Notes under the pieces: model-generated
The model's input: only the letters and a program-made list of their open reading frames with translations
Databases searched by the model: none
Told to the model about the DNA's origin: nothing
Shown here: positions 9,648 to 19,401 of the stretch, in pieces
Position numbering within the stretch: position 1 is the first letter of the stretch
How the letters are laid out: each line of letters begins with the position of its first letter
From: Candidatus Thorarchaeota archaeon
Lineage (GTDB): Archaea; Asgardarchaeota; Thorarchaeia; Thorarchaeales; Thorarchaeaceae
DNA: 54,728 nucleotides
Direction of reading: 5' to 3'
Assembly: GCA_016933575.1 (NCBI GenBank)
Contig: JAFGAR010000163.1
Location: 1-54,728 of the forward strand
Program-made: the position numbers and the translations under genes

Positions 9648-10916
9648 TCATTCATCTAACTTGTCCATATTCGACAAATCCTGTGCCAGCTTCTCCTGCG
9701 TGCTCCAAGAACCAGTCAAATCTTTCTTTCTTGATAACTCTCCAAGCAGTCTTCGACTCTCTGCATCCAGCTTACTTGGGGGCATATTCTCATACGCACT
9801 TCCAGGTAGAGGCATGAATACATGTCCGTGGGTCTTAGCTCCCATCTCAACCAGAGTATAACAGAGTTCTACGTTCTTATGCAAATCATCTATTGTTTCT
9901 CCAGGGAGCCCAAAGATCATATCCACATGGGGTGTAAAGCCTGTATCCAATGCTATTCGTACTGCTTCAATTCCCTGTTCCACAGTATGGTGCCTGTTTG
10001 CTAGCTTCAGGACTTTGTCGCTACTTGATTGAAGGCCAATTTGCAGAGTCGCGTTAGCGACATACCCTCGTAACAGATCAAGAATCGGCTTTGTGACAAA
10101 TTCAGGTCTAACTTCTGATGGAAATGATCCAAAATAGATCTCCTCAAGTCCCTCAACCTTACTAGTTTCCCTCAATAATCTCTCGAGTTTTTCAGGTTCT
10201 GGCTTTCTACCTATTCCTCCATAGGAGAGAGCGTTTGGTGAAAGAAACCATGTACGTGTAAACCCGCTCTTCTCCACAGCAAGTTTCAACCATTTTGTAA
10301 TCGATTCGACTGATCGGTGTCTGACCTTACACCCAGTAAGAACTGGAGTGCAACAGAATTTACATTGAAAGGGACACCCTCTTGTGACCTCGACAGGTCC
10401 CACTATGTTCATACCCAGAGCAAATGGTGGATAGTCATCTAGATTCACAATGGGCAGTTCTTTTGGAAGTGGAAAGTGGTCCGAATCTTTTCCTACTACT
10501 CCCTCAATATTCAAAGGGTCATATCCATTCATTAGAGACCATACCAATTCTGGGAAGATGCGCTCGCCTTCTCCAATGACGACATAATCGAATCCATTTT
10601 TGAGCAACTCTTTGGGTCGAATCGTAGCATGCGCACCACCGCCAATTATGACAACATCGTTTCCGAATCTCTTTCTTGCCTGTTGGACTTCTCGATACAC
10701 TCTACGCCATTGTGTACTCATGACAGAGTGAGCAATAATTGTGGGTCCATTCTTTATACTCTCTTCAATGACATCTATCGCTATTTCTATAGGTGCCTCT
10801 ATCTGAATATCTGCCAGTCTTTGGTCAGCTTCAAGACTACCTATTAGAGCTGCCACACTATACCGAGATGATGGATGCGTTCTAAAGATGAGGGATTGCG
10901 GGTACAATTGGAACAC
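9648..10916 (-). CDS. B12-binding-domain radical SAM protein (TIGR04013-like)
   Basis: GGAHAT/IGEGE B12-like domain, EVTRGCPFQCKFC, FGSFPSEVRPE, DMIFGLPGE, HVFMPLPGS. Confidence 0.82.
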   Translation of the reverse strand: MFQLYPQSLIFRTHPSSRYSVAALIGSLEADQRLADIQIEAPIEIAIDVIEESIKNGPTIIAHSVMSTQWRRVYREVQQARKRFGNDVVIIGGGAHATIRPKELLKNGFDYVVIGEGERIFPELVWSLMNGYDPLNIEGVVGKDSDHFPLPKELPIVNLDDYPPFALGMNIVGPVEVTRGCPFQCKFCCTPVLTGCKVRHRSVESITKWLKLAVEKSGFTRTWFLSPNALSYGGIGRKPEPEKLERLLRETSKVEGLEEIYFGSFPSEVRPEFVTKPILDLLRGYVANATLQIGLQSSSDKVLKLANRHHTVEQGIEAVRIALDTGFTPHVDMIFGLPGETIDDLHKNVELCYTLVEMGAKTHGHVFMPLPGSAYENMPPSKLDAESRRLLGELSRKKDLTGSWSTQEKLAQDLSNMDKLDE

Positions 10917-10921
10917 ACGCT

Positions 10922-11512
10922 TTAGTTAGCCACACGCTCAGTTACTCCATCTTGGGTAACACTCATGACCCGAATGCTTCCGCCTGACTGGATATCTCTC
11001 GCGATTCCAGCCTTCACTGCTTTAATCGCTATTTCTTCTGCTTCTTTCACAGTAATTTCCGGTTTGACATGGCTCTCAAGAACACCATATGCAGGTCTGT
11101 CTCCAGTACCTGTTGCTGTGAACTCGTCAGGAATGAGTGAACCTCCCATATCAAGCGTGTATAACTGAGGTCCCTGTGCATCAACACCAACAACAACAGT
11201 CTGTACATAGAGTGGAGTCATTCTTATTGAGTAAAGCATGTTAGCAATCATCTTTGAGAGTGCCTTAACAGTGATTGCTCTTTTCTGATTGAGTTCATAG
11301 AGTTTGATCTGAGCCTGCAATCTATTGACAAGCATCTGATAGTCTGATGTCAATCCAGCGGAGGCTAAGACAATTGTATCAGTTAATTTGAATGCCTTGA
11401 CTCCTTTCTCACTGAGAATCATAGTACCCCAGCTGATAAGTGAGTCAGTAGCAACTACAACACCATCAGTGCATTTTATTCCAACAACAGTTGCACCAGT
11501 AGGAAATGACAT
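10922..11512 (-). CDS. psmB: 20S proteasome beta subunit (Thr1 replaced by Ala, probably non-catalytic)
   Basis: GATVVGIKCTDGVVVATD, AGLTSD, GVD..GPQLY..D..GS, ATGTG, RDIQSGG. Confidence 0.9.
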   Translation of the reverse strand: MSFPTGATVVGIKCTDGVVVATDSLISWGTMILSEKGVKAFKLTDTIVLASAGLTSDYQMLVNRLQAQIKLYELNQKRAITVKALSKMIANMLYSIRMTPLYVQTVVVGVDAQGPQLYTLDMGGSLIPDEFTATGTGDRPAYGVLESHVKPEITVKEAEEIAIKAVKAGIARDIQSGGSIRVMSVTQDGVTERVAN

Positions 11513-11599
11513 AGTTAATGAGCCTCCAAATAGGAGTTAATCAAGTTTGGTCACGTCCACTCGTTTTAAAACGTTTGTGACCTGTTCGAATTGTAAGAA

Positions 11600-12670
11600 T
11601 TGGAGATGAGTATAGTGCGCCAACTTAATCCCTTTGCAAATATTCCAACAATCATGTCAGCAGAGGAGATTATCGAATTTGCGCACAATCGGTCTAATCG
11701 TATCAGTATGAAGAGTTCTCTTCGAATGAAGCGAGATGAACGTACAAGAATCCGGGAAATAACTAAACTGCAAGAATTCTCACAGCAGGTGAAAACAAAG
11801 CTTAGTGAGGCGGTAGAACAATTTCCATCAATTGATAGGCTTCATCCTTTCTATCTTGAACTTACAAAAGTTCTAATCGGAACTGACCGTTTGAAACAGG
11901 CTCTAGGAGCAGTTCATAACTGTCAACCACTCATTGATGATATTACGTCCAAGCATCTTCAGGCATTAAAATTAACTGACGATTTTCGCCAGATGAAGAG
12001 AACACGGAGTGCTGCAAAAGGAAGGATATCATCCATTTTACGAGCAACATCTGATAATCTAGACTTCATAATCAATGCAAGACAGGTTCTTGCTCGATTA
12101 CCTGGAATTGCCCCTAATATTCCTTCAATTGTCTGTGCAGGATTCCCAAATGTCGGTAAGTCTACACTTGTGAAGACAGTTTCCACTGCTGAACCAGAGA
12201 TTGCCTATTACCCTTTCACAACACGTAGTGTGATCATTGGTCACCTGAAGATAGACAATCAGAGTGTACAGATAGTCGATACACCTGGAATTCTTGACAG
12301 GCCAATGGCAGAGCGAAATGAAATCGAGCTCCAAGCAGTTGTCGCATTAAAGTACCTAGCAAATGTGATTATCTTCATGATAGATCCCTCTGAAACATGC
12401 GGCTGGACGTTTGAGCAACAGGTCAACTTGCTGAATGAAGTACAGAGAATGTTTCCCTTGAATCCACTCTTTATCGTCATCAATAAAATTGACATCACTC
12501 CTGAAGACAGATTGCAGATTGCTCGGGAGAAACTTCCCAATGCTTACGAGATTATAGCCTCTGAGAGAATTGGTGTTGATGAGTTATTGAAGGATGCTGT
12601 GGAAGAGGTTGATCTCATTTCACTACAGGAATCCATTGATGAACATCGCAGATTACTCTCAGGCAAGTAG
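11600..12670 (+). CDS. NOG1 family GTPase
   Basis: LHPFY, GFPNVGKST, YPFTT, DTPGILDR, NKID. Confidence 0.92.
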   Translation: MEMSIVRQLNPFANIPTIMSAEEIIEFAHNRSNRISMKSSLRMKRDERTRIREITKLQEFSQQVKTKLSEAVEQFPSIDRLHPFYLELTKVLIGTDRLKQALGAVHNCQPLIDDITSKHLQALKLTDDFRQMKRTRSAAKGRISSILRATSDNLDFIINARQVLARLPGIAPNIPSIVCAGFPNVGKSTLVKTVSTAEPEIAYYPFTTRSVIIGHLKIDNQSVQIVDTPGILDRPMAERNEIELQAVVALKYLANVIIFMIDPSETCGWTFEQQVNLLNEVQRMFPLNPLFIVINKIDITPEDRLQIAREKLPNAYEIIASERIGVDELLKDAVEEVDLISLQESIDEHRRLLSGK

Positions 12671-13720
12671 CTCTTTTCCATTTACGACAAGTTCTCCAGG
12701 CTTACCAAGCTCTCCTTTTACATCAATTCGAACGCCAAGTATCTGTTCAATAGTCCAAATATTAGTCATGAGATGTGAAGTCATTTCAGTAACCCCAATC
12801 CTACTCTTGCCAGGAGCTATCGCAAGATATGGAACTAACATGTCGCAGAGATGGGAATCAATTGCTCTTCCTGTGGAAACCTCCTCCACAAGACGTATTC
12901 CAGCTCTACTTCCCACGCTTTCAGCTCGTTCTCCTTTTTCTCCAAGCCTATCTGCACCCAAAATAGCCCCACTCTCGGTCTCTGCCCATATTACAATGCC
13001 ACTGCCTGGACCAAGATGGGGGTCATCATCCTTGGAATACGATTCACTATGTATGTTTGCAGCAACTCCTAGTTTATCTTGGATGATTTCAGCTGCAGAT
13101 GCTGCCTGTCGTTCTGCAACATGTGCTGGAAGACGAACACAGTGAGAAATCCCTAGTACATCTATTACTTTGCCAGCTTGAACAAGTTCTATTGTCCTTA
13201 GTTGTTGTACAGGTTGTACCTTGCATAAGACTTGTCCACCACCCCGTGGATAGTGCCCTCGTCTCTCTTGATGTATCTGAATCGAGGGACCAAGCCTAGA
13301 AATCATAGGGACAAATACTTCTCTCAAATAATCAACAGGTGGACTCCATTTTACATCAGTCCCCCCTCTTAATCTGAAAGTCACTGGTTGAGGAGCAAGT
13401 ACTGCTGGTAATAATGCAGCTTGGAGCAGTAGTGATATTGACCCTGCGGTTCCGACATCCAAACCAAAGTCACCACCACGCCGCTGGTTTGGTACAAAGG
13501 CGACTTCAGTACTACCCACCTGAAGCCCGTCCACTTCTGCATCGACTAGTTTCGCGGTGAGTTCGATACCACCCATATGTTGATTTTTGAGACCGGGTTT
13601 AGGTCTTCCTGCTCGAATCCTGCTGATACGAACTGGTTTCATTGTAAGAGCTGATAGCGATATTGCAGTACGCAGTATCTGACCACCGCCTTCTCCGTAA
13701 GACCCATCAAGCTCAATCAT
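12659..13720 (-). CDS. rtcA: RNA 3'-terminal phosphate cyclase
   Basis: DGSYGEGGGQILRTA, RPKPGL..QH, GTAGSI, GGTDV, G.YPRGGG, DSHLCD, HL.TN. Confidence 0.95.
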   Translation of the reverse strand: MIELDGSYGEGGGQILRTAISLSALTMKPVRISRIRAGRPKPGLKNQHMGGIELTAKLVDAEVDGLQVGSTEVAFVPNQRRGGDFGLDVGTAGSISLLLQAALLPAVLAPQPVTFRLRGGTDVKWSPPVDYLREVFVPMISRLGPSIQIHQERRGHYPRGGGQVLCKVQPVQQLRTIELVQAGKVIDVLGISHCVRLPAHVAERQAASAAEIIQDKLGVAANIHSESYSKDDDPHLGPGSGIVIWAETESGAILGADRLGEKGERAESVGSRAGIRLVEEVSTGRAIDSHLCDMLVPYLAIAPGKSRIGVTEMTSHLMTNIWTIEQILGVRIDVKGELGKPGELVVNGKELLA

Positions 13721-13833
13721 TGCAAATACCTATGGTTTCAAATGATATCGCTGTTATGAACTTCATTGTTCATTTCTGTGTCAGATTACCAAGGCTTATT
13801 TGACATAACACACCACCAAAAAGACTGGTCAAT

Positions 13834-14358
13834 ATGAAATCGTTATTCATCGGGCGTTTCCAACCAATCCATAAGGGACACATCCATACAATCAAACAGA
13901 TTCTTGCTAAGGATGAAGACATTGTCATAGTCGTAGGTAGTGCACAATATTCACATACGCCTGATAATCCCTTTACTGGCGGGGAGCGTATTATGTTCAT
14001 CAAGCAAGCATTGATGGATGAAAAAATCCCACTCGAACGCATTGATATCATTCCCCTTACAGATATCAATATTCATCCTCTTTGGGTCAGTCACTTGCGT
14101 TCTTATGTTCCCTATTTTGATAAGGCATACAGTCACAATCCTCTTGTAAAAAGACTCCTTGAGGATGGAGGAATAGTAACTGACTCCACAAAGTTGCTGG
14201 AACGATCAACGTATTCTGGAAACCATATTCGCGACCTAATACGTTGGAAGAACAGTGAGTGGGAGAAATTCGTACCCGCGGGTGTAGTAGATCTCATCAA
14301 GAAATACAACCTTGAATCCCGTATTCAAGACATTGGGGAAACCACTACGAAGAAATGA
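13834..14358 (+). CDS. nadM: Nicotinamide-mononucleotide adenylyltransferase
   Basis: FIGRFQPIHKGH, GSAQYSH...NPFTGGER, SGNHIR. Confidence 0.93.
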   Translation: MKSLFIGRFQPIHKGHIHTIKQILAKDEDIVIVVGSAQYSHTPDNPFTGGERIMFIKQALMDEKIPLERIDIIPLTDINIHPLWVSHLRSYVPYFDKAYSHNPLVKRLLEDGGIVTDSTKLLERSTYSGNHIRDLIRWKNSEWEKFVPAGVVDLIKKYNLESRIQDIGETTTKK

Positions 14359-14406
14359 GGTCTGGAATCCCATTATGGGAGCCTTTAAATAACATCCATC
14401 TGGAAG

Positions 14407-14435
14407 AATGCTAGGTGAACGTAAATGCTAGGTGA
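14407..14435. repeat. 12-bp direct repeat upstream of proS
   Basis: AATGCTAGGTGA at 14407-14418 and 14424-14435 (17-bp period). Confidence 0.8.
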
Positions 14436-14517
14436 GCGCGTTCCGCAATATCGTTAAACAACTAATTCTTTATCCTAGCCAATTCCATAAATTTCAATCA
14501 GAACAGAGGATATTATC

Positions 14518-15996
14518 ATGAGCGGTGATAAAAAAGAACCAAAGGTTACCATCTTTGATATTGACAAGGAAAATAACTTTCCAGATTGGTACGGCGAAAT
14601 ATGTAAGGTTGCAGAGCTAGCCGATGTGCGATACGGCGTGAAAGGCTTTACACCATTTCCTCCGTGGAGTACCATGACCATGAACAATATGTTCGATATC
14701 TTAGAGGAAGTTCTCCAGCGAAAAGATCACTTGCCCATGCTCTTTCCTACTGTTATTCCTGAGAGTAATCTGACAAAAGAGGCAAAACATGTTGAAGGGT
14801 TTGTCCCTCAAGTGTTCTGGATTCAGGACATTGGTGATGGTGAGAAACTCGAAGAGCGTTTGGCGCTCAGACCTACAAGTGAGACCGCAATCTATCCAAT
14901 GTATTCACTGTGGGTTAGAAGCTGGCGAGACCTTCCTATGAAGCGATACCAAAGATGTTCTGTCTTTAGATCCGAGATTAAGAGCACACGACCATTCCTG
15001 AGAGGACGAGAATTTCTCTGGATTGAGAGTCACAATGTTTTTGCGACCCATGACGAAGTAAAGGCACAGGTTCAGGAAGACCTTGAAACAACAAAAGAAG
15101 TAGTCACAGATAACTTTGGCATACCAGTGATGGTCTTTCGTAGGACACAATGGGACAAGTTTCCCGGGGGTCTCAATACATATGCTGCAGATACTCTAAT
15201 GCCCGATGGTAAGGTTCTCCAGCTACCTTCTACACACGATCTTGGCGATAACTTTGCAAAGGCCTTTGATATAAAATATCTAAATGAGAACAATGAGACC
15301 GCGTATGCCTGGCAGACCTGTTATGGTCCTGCAATCTCACGTATCTTTGGTGCCTTAATCTCTGTTCATGGAGATAACAAGGGTCTAAGACTGCCTTTCA
15401 AGGTTTCACCCTATCAAGTTGTTATCATCCCAATCTACAGAGAAAAAGACGCTCCTGTGGTCTTGCAATACTGTCAAGATATTCTGAAGACACTCCGAAA
15501 AGCTGGTATCAGAGTCTATCTTGATAATCGGGATGATAGTCCTGGTTGGAAATACAATTTCTGGGAGATGAAAGGCGTTCCAATCCGGGTTGAAGTTGGT
15601 CCTCGGGACATCAAGGCAAAGAAGGTTGTCCTATTTCGTAGAGATACTATGAAACGCATAACAATAGATCTCAAGGACCTCAAGAAGACCGTTCTTTCCC
15701 TTGGAAAGGAAATTGATGGAAATCTCAGAATGAATGCGGAGTCTAAGTTTGTTGGACTGGTTGTTGATGCTGATAGTTTTGGTTCCATAGAAGATGCACT
15801 TGAGAAAGGAAAGATTGCAAGAACGCCTTTCTGTACAACACAGATGGAAGGTCTATCATGTGCTGAGGAACTCAAGGACCGTACTGGAGGCGAAATCCGA
15901 GGCACGCGAATAGATGTTGATGAAACTCCAGAAGGTGTATGTGTGGTCTGTGGCAAAGTAGCCACCGAAGTGGTCTACATTGCAAGATCCTACTAA
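14518..15996 (+). CDS. proS: Prolyl-tRNA synthetase (archaeal/eukaryotic type)
   Basis: LALRPTSET, FLRGREFLW.E.H, PGWKYNFWEMKGVP.R.EVGPRD, C-terminal CxxC and ARSY. Confidence 0.97.
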   Translation: MSGDKKEPKVTIFDIDKENNFPDWYGEICKVAELADVRYGVKGFTPFPPWSTMTMNNMFDILEEVLQRKDHLPMLFPTVIPESNLTKEAKHVEGFVPQVFWIQDIGDGEKLEERLALRPTSETAIYPMYSLWVRSWRDLPMKRYQRCSVFRSEIKSTRPFLRGREFLWIESHNVFATHDEVKAQVQEDLETTKEVVTDNFGIPVMVFRRTQWDKFPGGLNTYAADTLMPDGKVLQLPSTHDLGDNFAKAFDIKYLNENNETAYAWQTCYGPAISRIFGALISVHGDNKGLRLPFKVSPYQVVIIPIYREKDAPVVLQYCQDILKTLRKAGIRVYLDNRDDSPGWKYNFWEMKGVPIRVEVGPRDIKAKKVVLFRRDTMKRITIDLKDLKKTVLSLGKEIDGNLRMNAESKFVGLVVDADSFGSIEDALEKGKIARTPFCTTQMEGLSCAEELKDRTGGEIRGTRIDVDETPEGVCVVCGKVATEVVYIARSY

Positions 15997-16002
15997 GCAG
16001 CA

Positions 16003-16041
16003 ATACCCAAGGGCTCAATAGGGTCCTTGGGTATCTCTTTT
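16003..16041 (+). terminator. 14-bp hairpin plus T-tract after proS
   Basis: ATACCCAAGGGCTC-aata-GGGTCCTTGGGTAT (16003-16034) followed by CTCTTTT. Confidence 0.7.
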
Positions 16042-16055
16042 CAGGTGCTAATAGA

Positions 16056-17039
16056 GTGAAGATAGTAGTTTCTGCAAATGACAAGTATGCGGCTATCTTT
16101 CGTGAAATAATTAGAGATGAAGCAGAAGTCATTCTTACTGATAGAACTCCTGAGTCTATTCTGGCAGGACTGAAGGATGCTGAGATTCTTGCCTCAAATC
16201 GCGTTCCACGTAAATACATCGAAGCAGCTCCAAAACTACAATTCATACAGACATTCTCTGCAGGCGTAGAAGATATTGATTTCGAGTCCATTATGGAGCG
16301 GGGAAATATCACAGTCAGTAACTCTCATATCAATGCTGCAGAAGTTGCTGAATATGCAATCACACTACTCTTTACAGTAGCAAAGAACATTATTGTAAAT
16401 GATAGAGAGTTACGAAAGGGCAATTGGGAATATGCCTTTGGTGGACCCAGCCCCAATATAGAAATTCGTAACAAGACCTGCCTTATTATTGGTCTGGGAA
16501 ATATAGGATCTGAAATAGCTAGGAGATTGAGGGCTTTTAATATGCGTCTACTTGCTGCCACAAGAAGTGGTATCTCTGAATATTCGGATCTTGTGGATAA
16601 TTTGGTGAAGATCAGTGATGCACAACCACTTGTGGAGGAGTCTGATTTTATAATCCTCTCTTTACCGCTCACTCCAGAATCTGAAGGTCTTGTTGATAGT
16701 ACTTTTCTCTCATGGATGAAACCAACTTCCATAATCGTGAATATCTCAAGGGGTCCCATAATCAATGAGAGAGCACTCTATGATGCATTGAAGGAAAAGC
16801 GAATCTACGGTGCTGGACTTGATGTGTGGTGGAGATATCCATCTAAATGGCGCGGAAAGGGTGTTCCACCTTCAGATATTCCCATTCAGGACCTTGACAA
16901 TATTGTAGTTTCTCCTCATCGTGCGGGGTACTCTGAGAACACAGAACGTGAGTATTTTCGATTTGCTGCTGAAAACATCCTGCGTTTCATACATGGCGAT
17001 AAGCCCTTGAATATTGTAGATCCTAAAAATGGGTACTGA
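16056..17039 (+). CDS. D-2-hydroxyacid dehydrogenase family (NAD-binding)
   Basis: VAEYA, IIGLGNIG, LPLTPE, VNISRG, GLDVW, SPHRAG. GTG 16056 chosen as start, after AGGTG. Confidence 0.9.
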   Translation: MKIVVSANDKYAAIFREIIRDEAEVILTDRTPESILAGLKDAEILASNRVPRKYIEAAPKLQFIQTFSAGVEDIDFESIMERGNITVSNSHINAAEVAEYAITLLFTVAKNIIVNDRELRKGNWEYAFGGPSPNIEIRNKTCLIIGLGNIGSEIARRLRAFNMRLLAATRSGISEYSDLVDNLVKISDAQPLVEESDFIILSLPLTPESEGLVDSTFLSWMKPTSIIVNISRGPIINERALYDALKEKRIYGAGLDVWWRYPSKWRGKGVPPSDIPIQDLDNIVVSPHRAGYSENTEREYFRFAAENILRFIHGDKPLNIVDPKNGY

Positions 17040-17115
17040 ATTAGAGTAATTATCGAAAATATAGGAGTACTTCAATGCTCTTGTATAATCAGAATATATA
17101 CGGGAGCAATGCATC

Positions 17116-19401
17116 ATGGAGCGTTCGATACAGCTTGATGAACCAGAGAGTCAAGACTTTAAGGAAAGTCTAAATCCTCTCAAAAGGAATGGCCCTGAGT
17201 CGGGTGACGTTGAATTGACTATAGAAAGTCTATCTGAGATCCCTGGTGTTGGAGAGAAAATTCAGAAGGCGTTAATTGATCACTTTGGAAGCGAAGCTGT
17301 TGCACTAAAGGTGATACGCGATTCGAGAGTAGATTTAGTAGCCGCTGTGCCGGGAATCGGATCCCGCCAGGCAGTCAATCTGGTGAAGGGCGCCTTTGAA
17401 CAGCAATTTGGTGTAAATTCCAACTTGTTGCTCAGGAGCGTGGATATCCGCAAGATATTCGAGAGTGTACTGGAGATTATGCAGAGGTATGCCAATACGA
17501 CCTATGCAAAAGATAAGCTCTTTCTCTACTTTCCGCTTCCTCCTGAGAAGCTCGATACGATTCTAGAGCGACAGAGGTACTTTGCGGATGCTGCTAAGAT
17601 GGCAAGTAGTCTATCTTCTGACCAGCGTGAAACATTGAAGAGTCTATTAACGCAGATAAGGGGTCTCTATAGGAGGGCAAAACCTCGTCGAATTGAGGGA
17701 CGAGTCATAATCACCAATGATGATAAGGTCTTTGACAAGCTAGTTACTGAAGGCATTGACAAATGGTGTCCTGTCTATGTTCTCTCGGATGGAGAGAGTG
17801 GTGCTGACTATGCTCAAGGTTATGACCTAGTCCTCTTTATTTCTCCCTTGGGTATGTTTGATGACTCGATGGACATGTTAGACAATGTAGAAACCCTTGG
17901 CAAAGACTGGTCTCTTGAGGATATTTTACCTGAACAAACTGTAAGCTTCTATGCTCGTAACTATCGAGTCATTGATGCCTCATGTAAATTGGCTGAGTTA
18001 TTTGGTGGCCTCCCCTCAAATGAGTCTATGAATAGTTTCAAAGAGGGTTTAGACTTCGAAGGACTCAGCAATGTTGGGGAGATTCTAAAGAATCTGGATG
18101 AGAATGGTGATCTAGCTCAGGGAATAAATGCAGATATTGACAGGTATCGAAAAGCAGTCAAGGTATTTCCTACAGCAATCGCTGAAACAGAAGCCTGGCT
18201 GAATGAAGAGATTACAGGTCGGATTTCTAAAAGCCATGTAACTCTTGGAGGACAACAGATTATCACAATCCTTCAATCTGCTGATATGGATGGAACTGAG
18301 AGTAGCTCACTTAGGAACATGCTCCCTGCTGAAATCGTTGAAACATTCACATCTACTATTCAGGAAGCCGAGGATAAGCTTGCTCAGATGCTGGGACTGA
18401 CACCACGAGAAGCTGACTGGGTGACAGGTGTAATCAGTGAAGAGATAGCCCTCCCAGCAAAATTAGTCCCTGCACAGATCAATGACTTGGAGGACAAATT
18501 ACGTAGACTCTTTGCTGATAAGCAATTCAGTCTTATCAAAAAGATTGCAAATGATCTTGATAGATTGAAAGATGTTGTATCCAATGCAGTTCAAACACTA
18601 CTTGAGTTTGATCTGTTTCTCTCTGTTGGTCTATTTTCCCATGATTATTACCTTCAGACACCCAACATCTCTTTGGAGTACTCAGGAGTAGGGGTACAGA
18701 GCGCAAACAACATATTTCTGACAGAGAGTTACTTGAAAGGAAAACACGGGAAAGTCCAACCTATCGACTATTGCATTGGGAAGACACCATTTCAACCAGA
18801 AGGAACGCATGGTGAGAATTGTGCTCTGTTATCGGGTGCAAATAGTGGTGGAAAGACTACCACAATCCAGACCTTAGCGCAAATCGTCACAATGGCACAA
18901 TCCGGATTTCCAGTACCAGCTAAGACTGCATATCTCCCTGTCTTTGAGGAGCTCTATTTCTTCTACAAGAGTAGGGGAATGGTTAGTGCTGGAGCGTTTG
19001 AAACCACACTCAAACAGTTCGCTGAGATTGTAGTATCTGAGAAATCAAAGCTAGCCCTCTTTGATGAAGTTGAAGCAATTACAGAGCCCGGGAGCGCTGC
19101 AAATGTGATTGCTGGTCTAATCGAGATACTTCAGAGTGACCCTCGGACCTCTACGGTAATCTGTAGTCACCTAGCTAAAGAGATTCAAGAAGTCACCTCC
19201 GTACCTATCCGAATTGATGGCATTGAAGCTCGTGGCCTCGACGAAAATCTCGACCTTGTTGTAGATAGAACTCCTCGATTTGGAGTACTGGCAAGAAGTA
19301 CCCCTGAGCTCATCGTAGAGAGGCTCTCGAAACTAACAAAAGGTCCTAAGAAGGCAGTCTATGAGAAGATCTTGGAGAATCTCAACAGAGCGCGAAAGTG
19401 A
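17116..19401 (+). CDS. Archaeal MutS2/MutS5-like ATPase with N-terminal helix-hairpin-helix
   Basis: IPGVGEK and VPGIG HhH motifs, Walker A GANSGGKT, AGAFE, Walker B LFDEVE, CSHL. No mismatch-recognition or Smr domain seen. Confidence 0.85.
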   Translation: MERSIQLDEPESQDFKESLNPLKRNGPESGDVELTIESLSEIPGVGEKIQKALIDHFGSEAVALKVIRDSRVDLVAAVPGIGSRQAVNLVKGAFEQQFGVNSNLLLRSVDIRKIFESVLEIMQRYANTTYAKDKLFLYFPLPPEKLDTILERQRYFADAAKMASSLSSDQRETLKSLLTQIRGLYRRAKPRRIEGRVIITNDDKVFDKLVTEGIDKWCPVYVLSDGESGADYAQGYDLVLFISPLGMFDDSMDMLDNVETLGKDWSLEDILPEQTVSFYARNYRVIDASCKLAELFGGLPSNESMNSFKEGLDFEGLSNVGEILKNLDENGDLAQGINADIDRYRKAVKVFPTAIAETEAWLNEEITGRISKSHVTLGGQQIITILQSADMDGTESSSLRNMLPAEIVETFTSTIQEAEDKLAQMLGLTPREADWVTGVISEEIALPAKLVPAQINDLEDKLRRLFADKQFSLIKKIANDLDRLKDVVSNAVQTLLEFDLFLSVGLFSHDYYLQTPNISLEYSGVGVQSANNIFLTESYLKGKHGKVQPIDYCIGKTPFQPEGTHGENCALLSGANSGGKTTTIQTLAQIVTMAQSGFPVPAKTAYLPVFEELYFFYKSRGMVSAGAFETTLKQFAEIVVSEKSKLALFDEVEAITEPGSAANVIAGLIEILQSDPRTSTVICSHLAKEIQEVTSVPIRIDGIEARGLDENLDLVVDRTPRFGVLARSTPELIVERLSKLTKGPKKAVYEKILENLNRARK

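Noticed and set aside
12594-13145. 183-aa plus-strand ORF
   Set aside because: Antisense to rtcA, with low-information Ser/Pro-rich composition.
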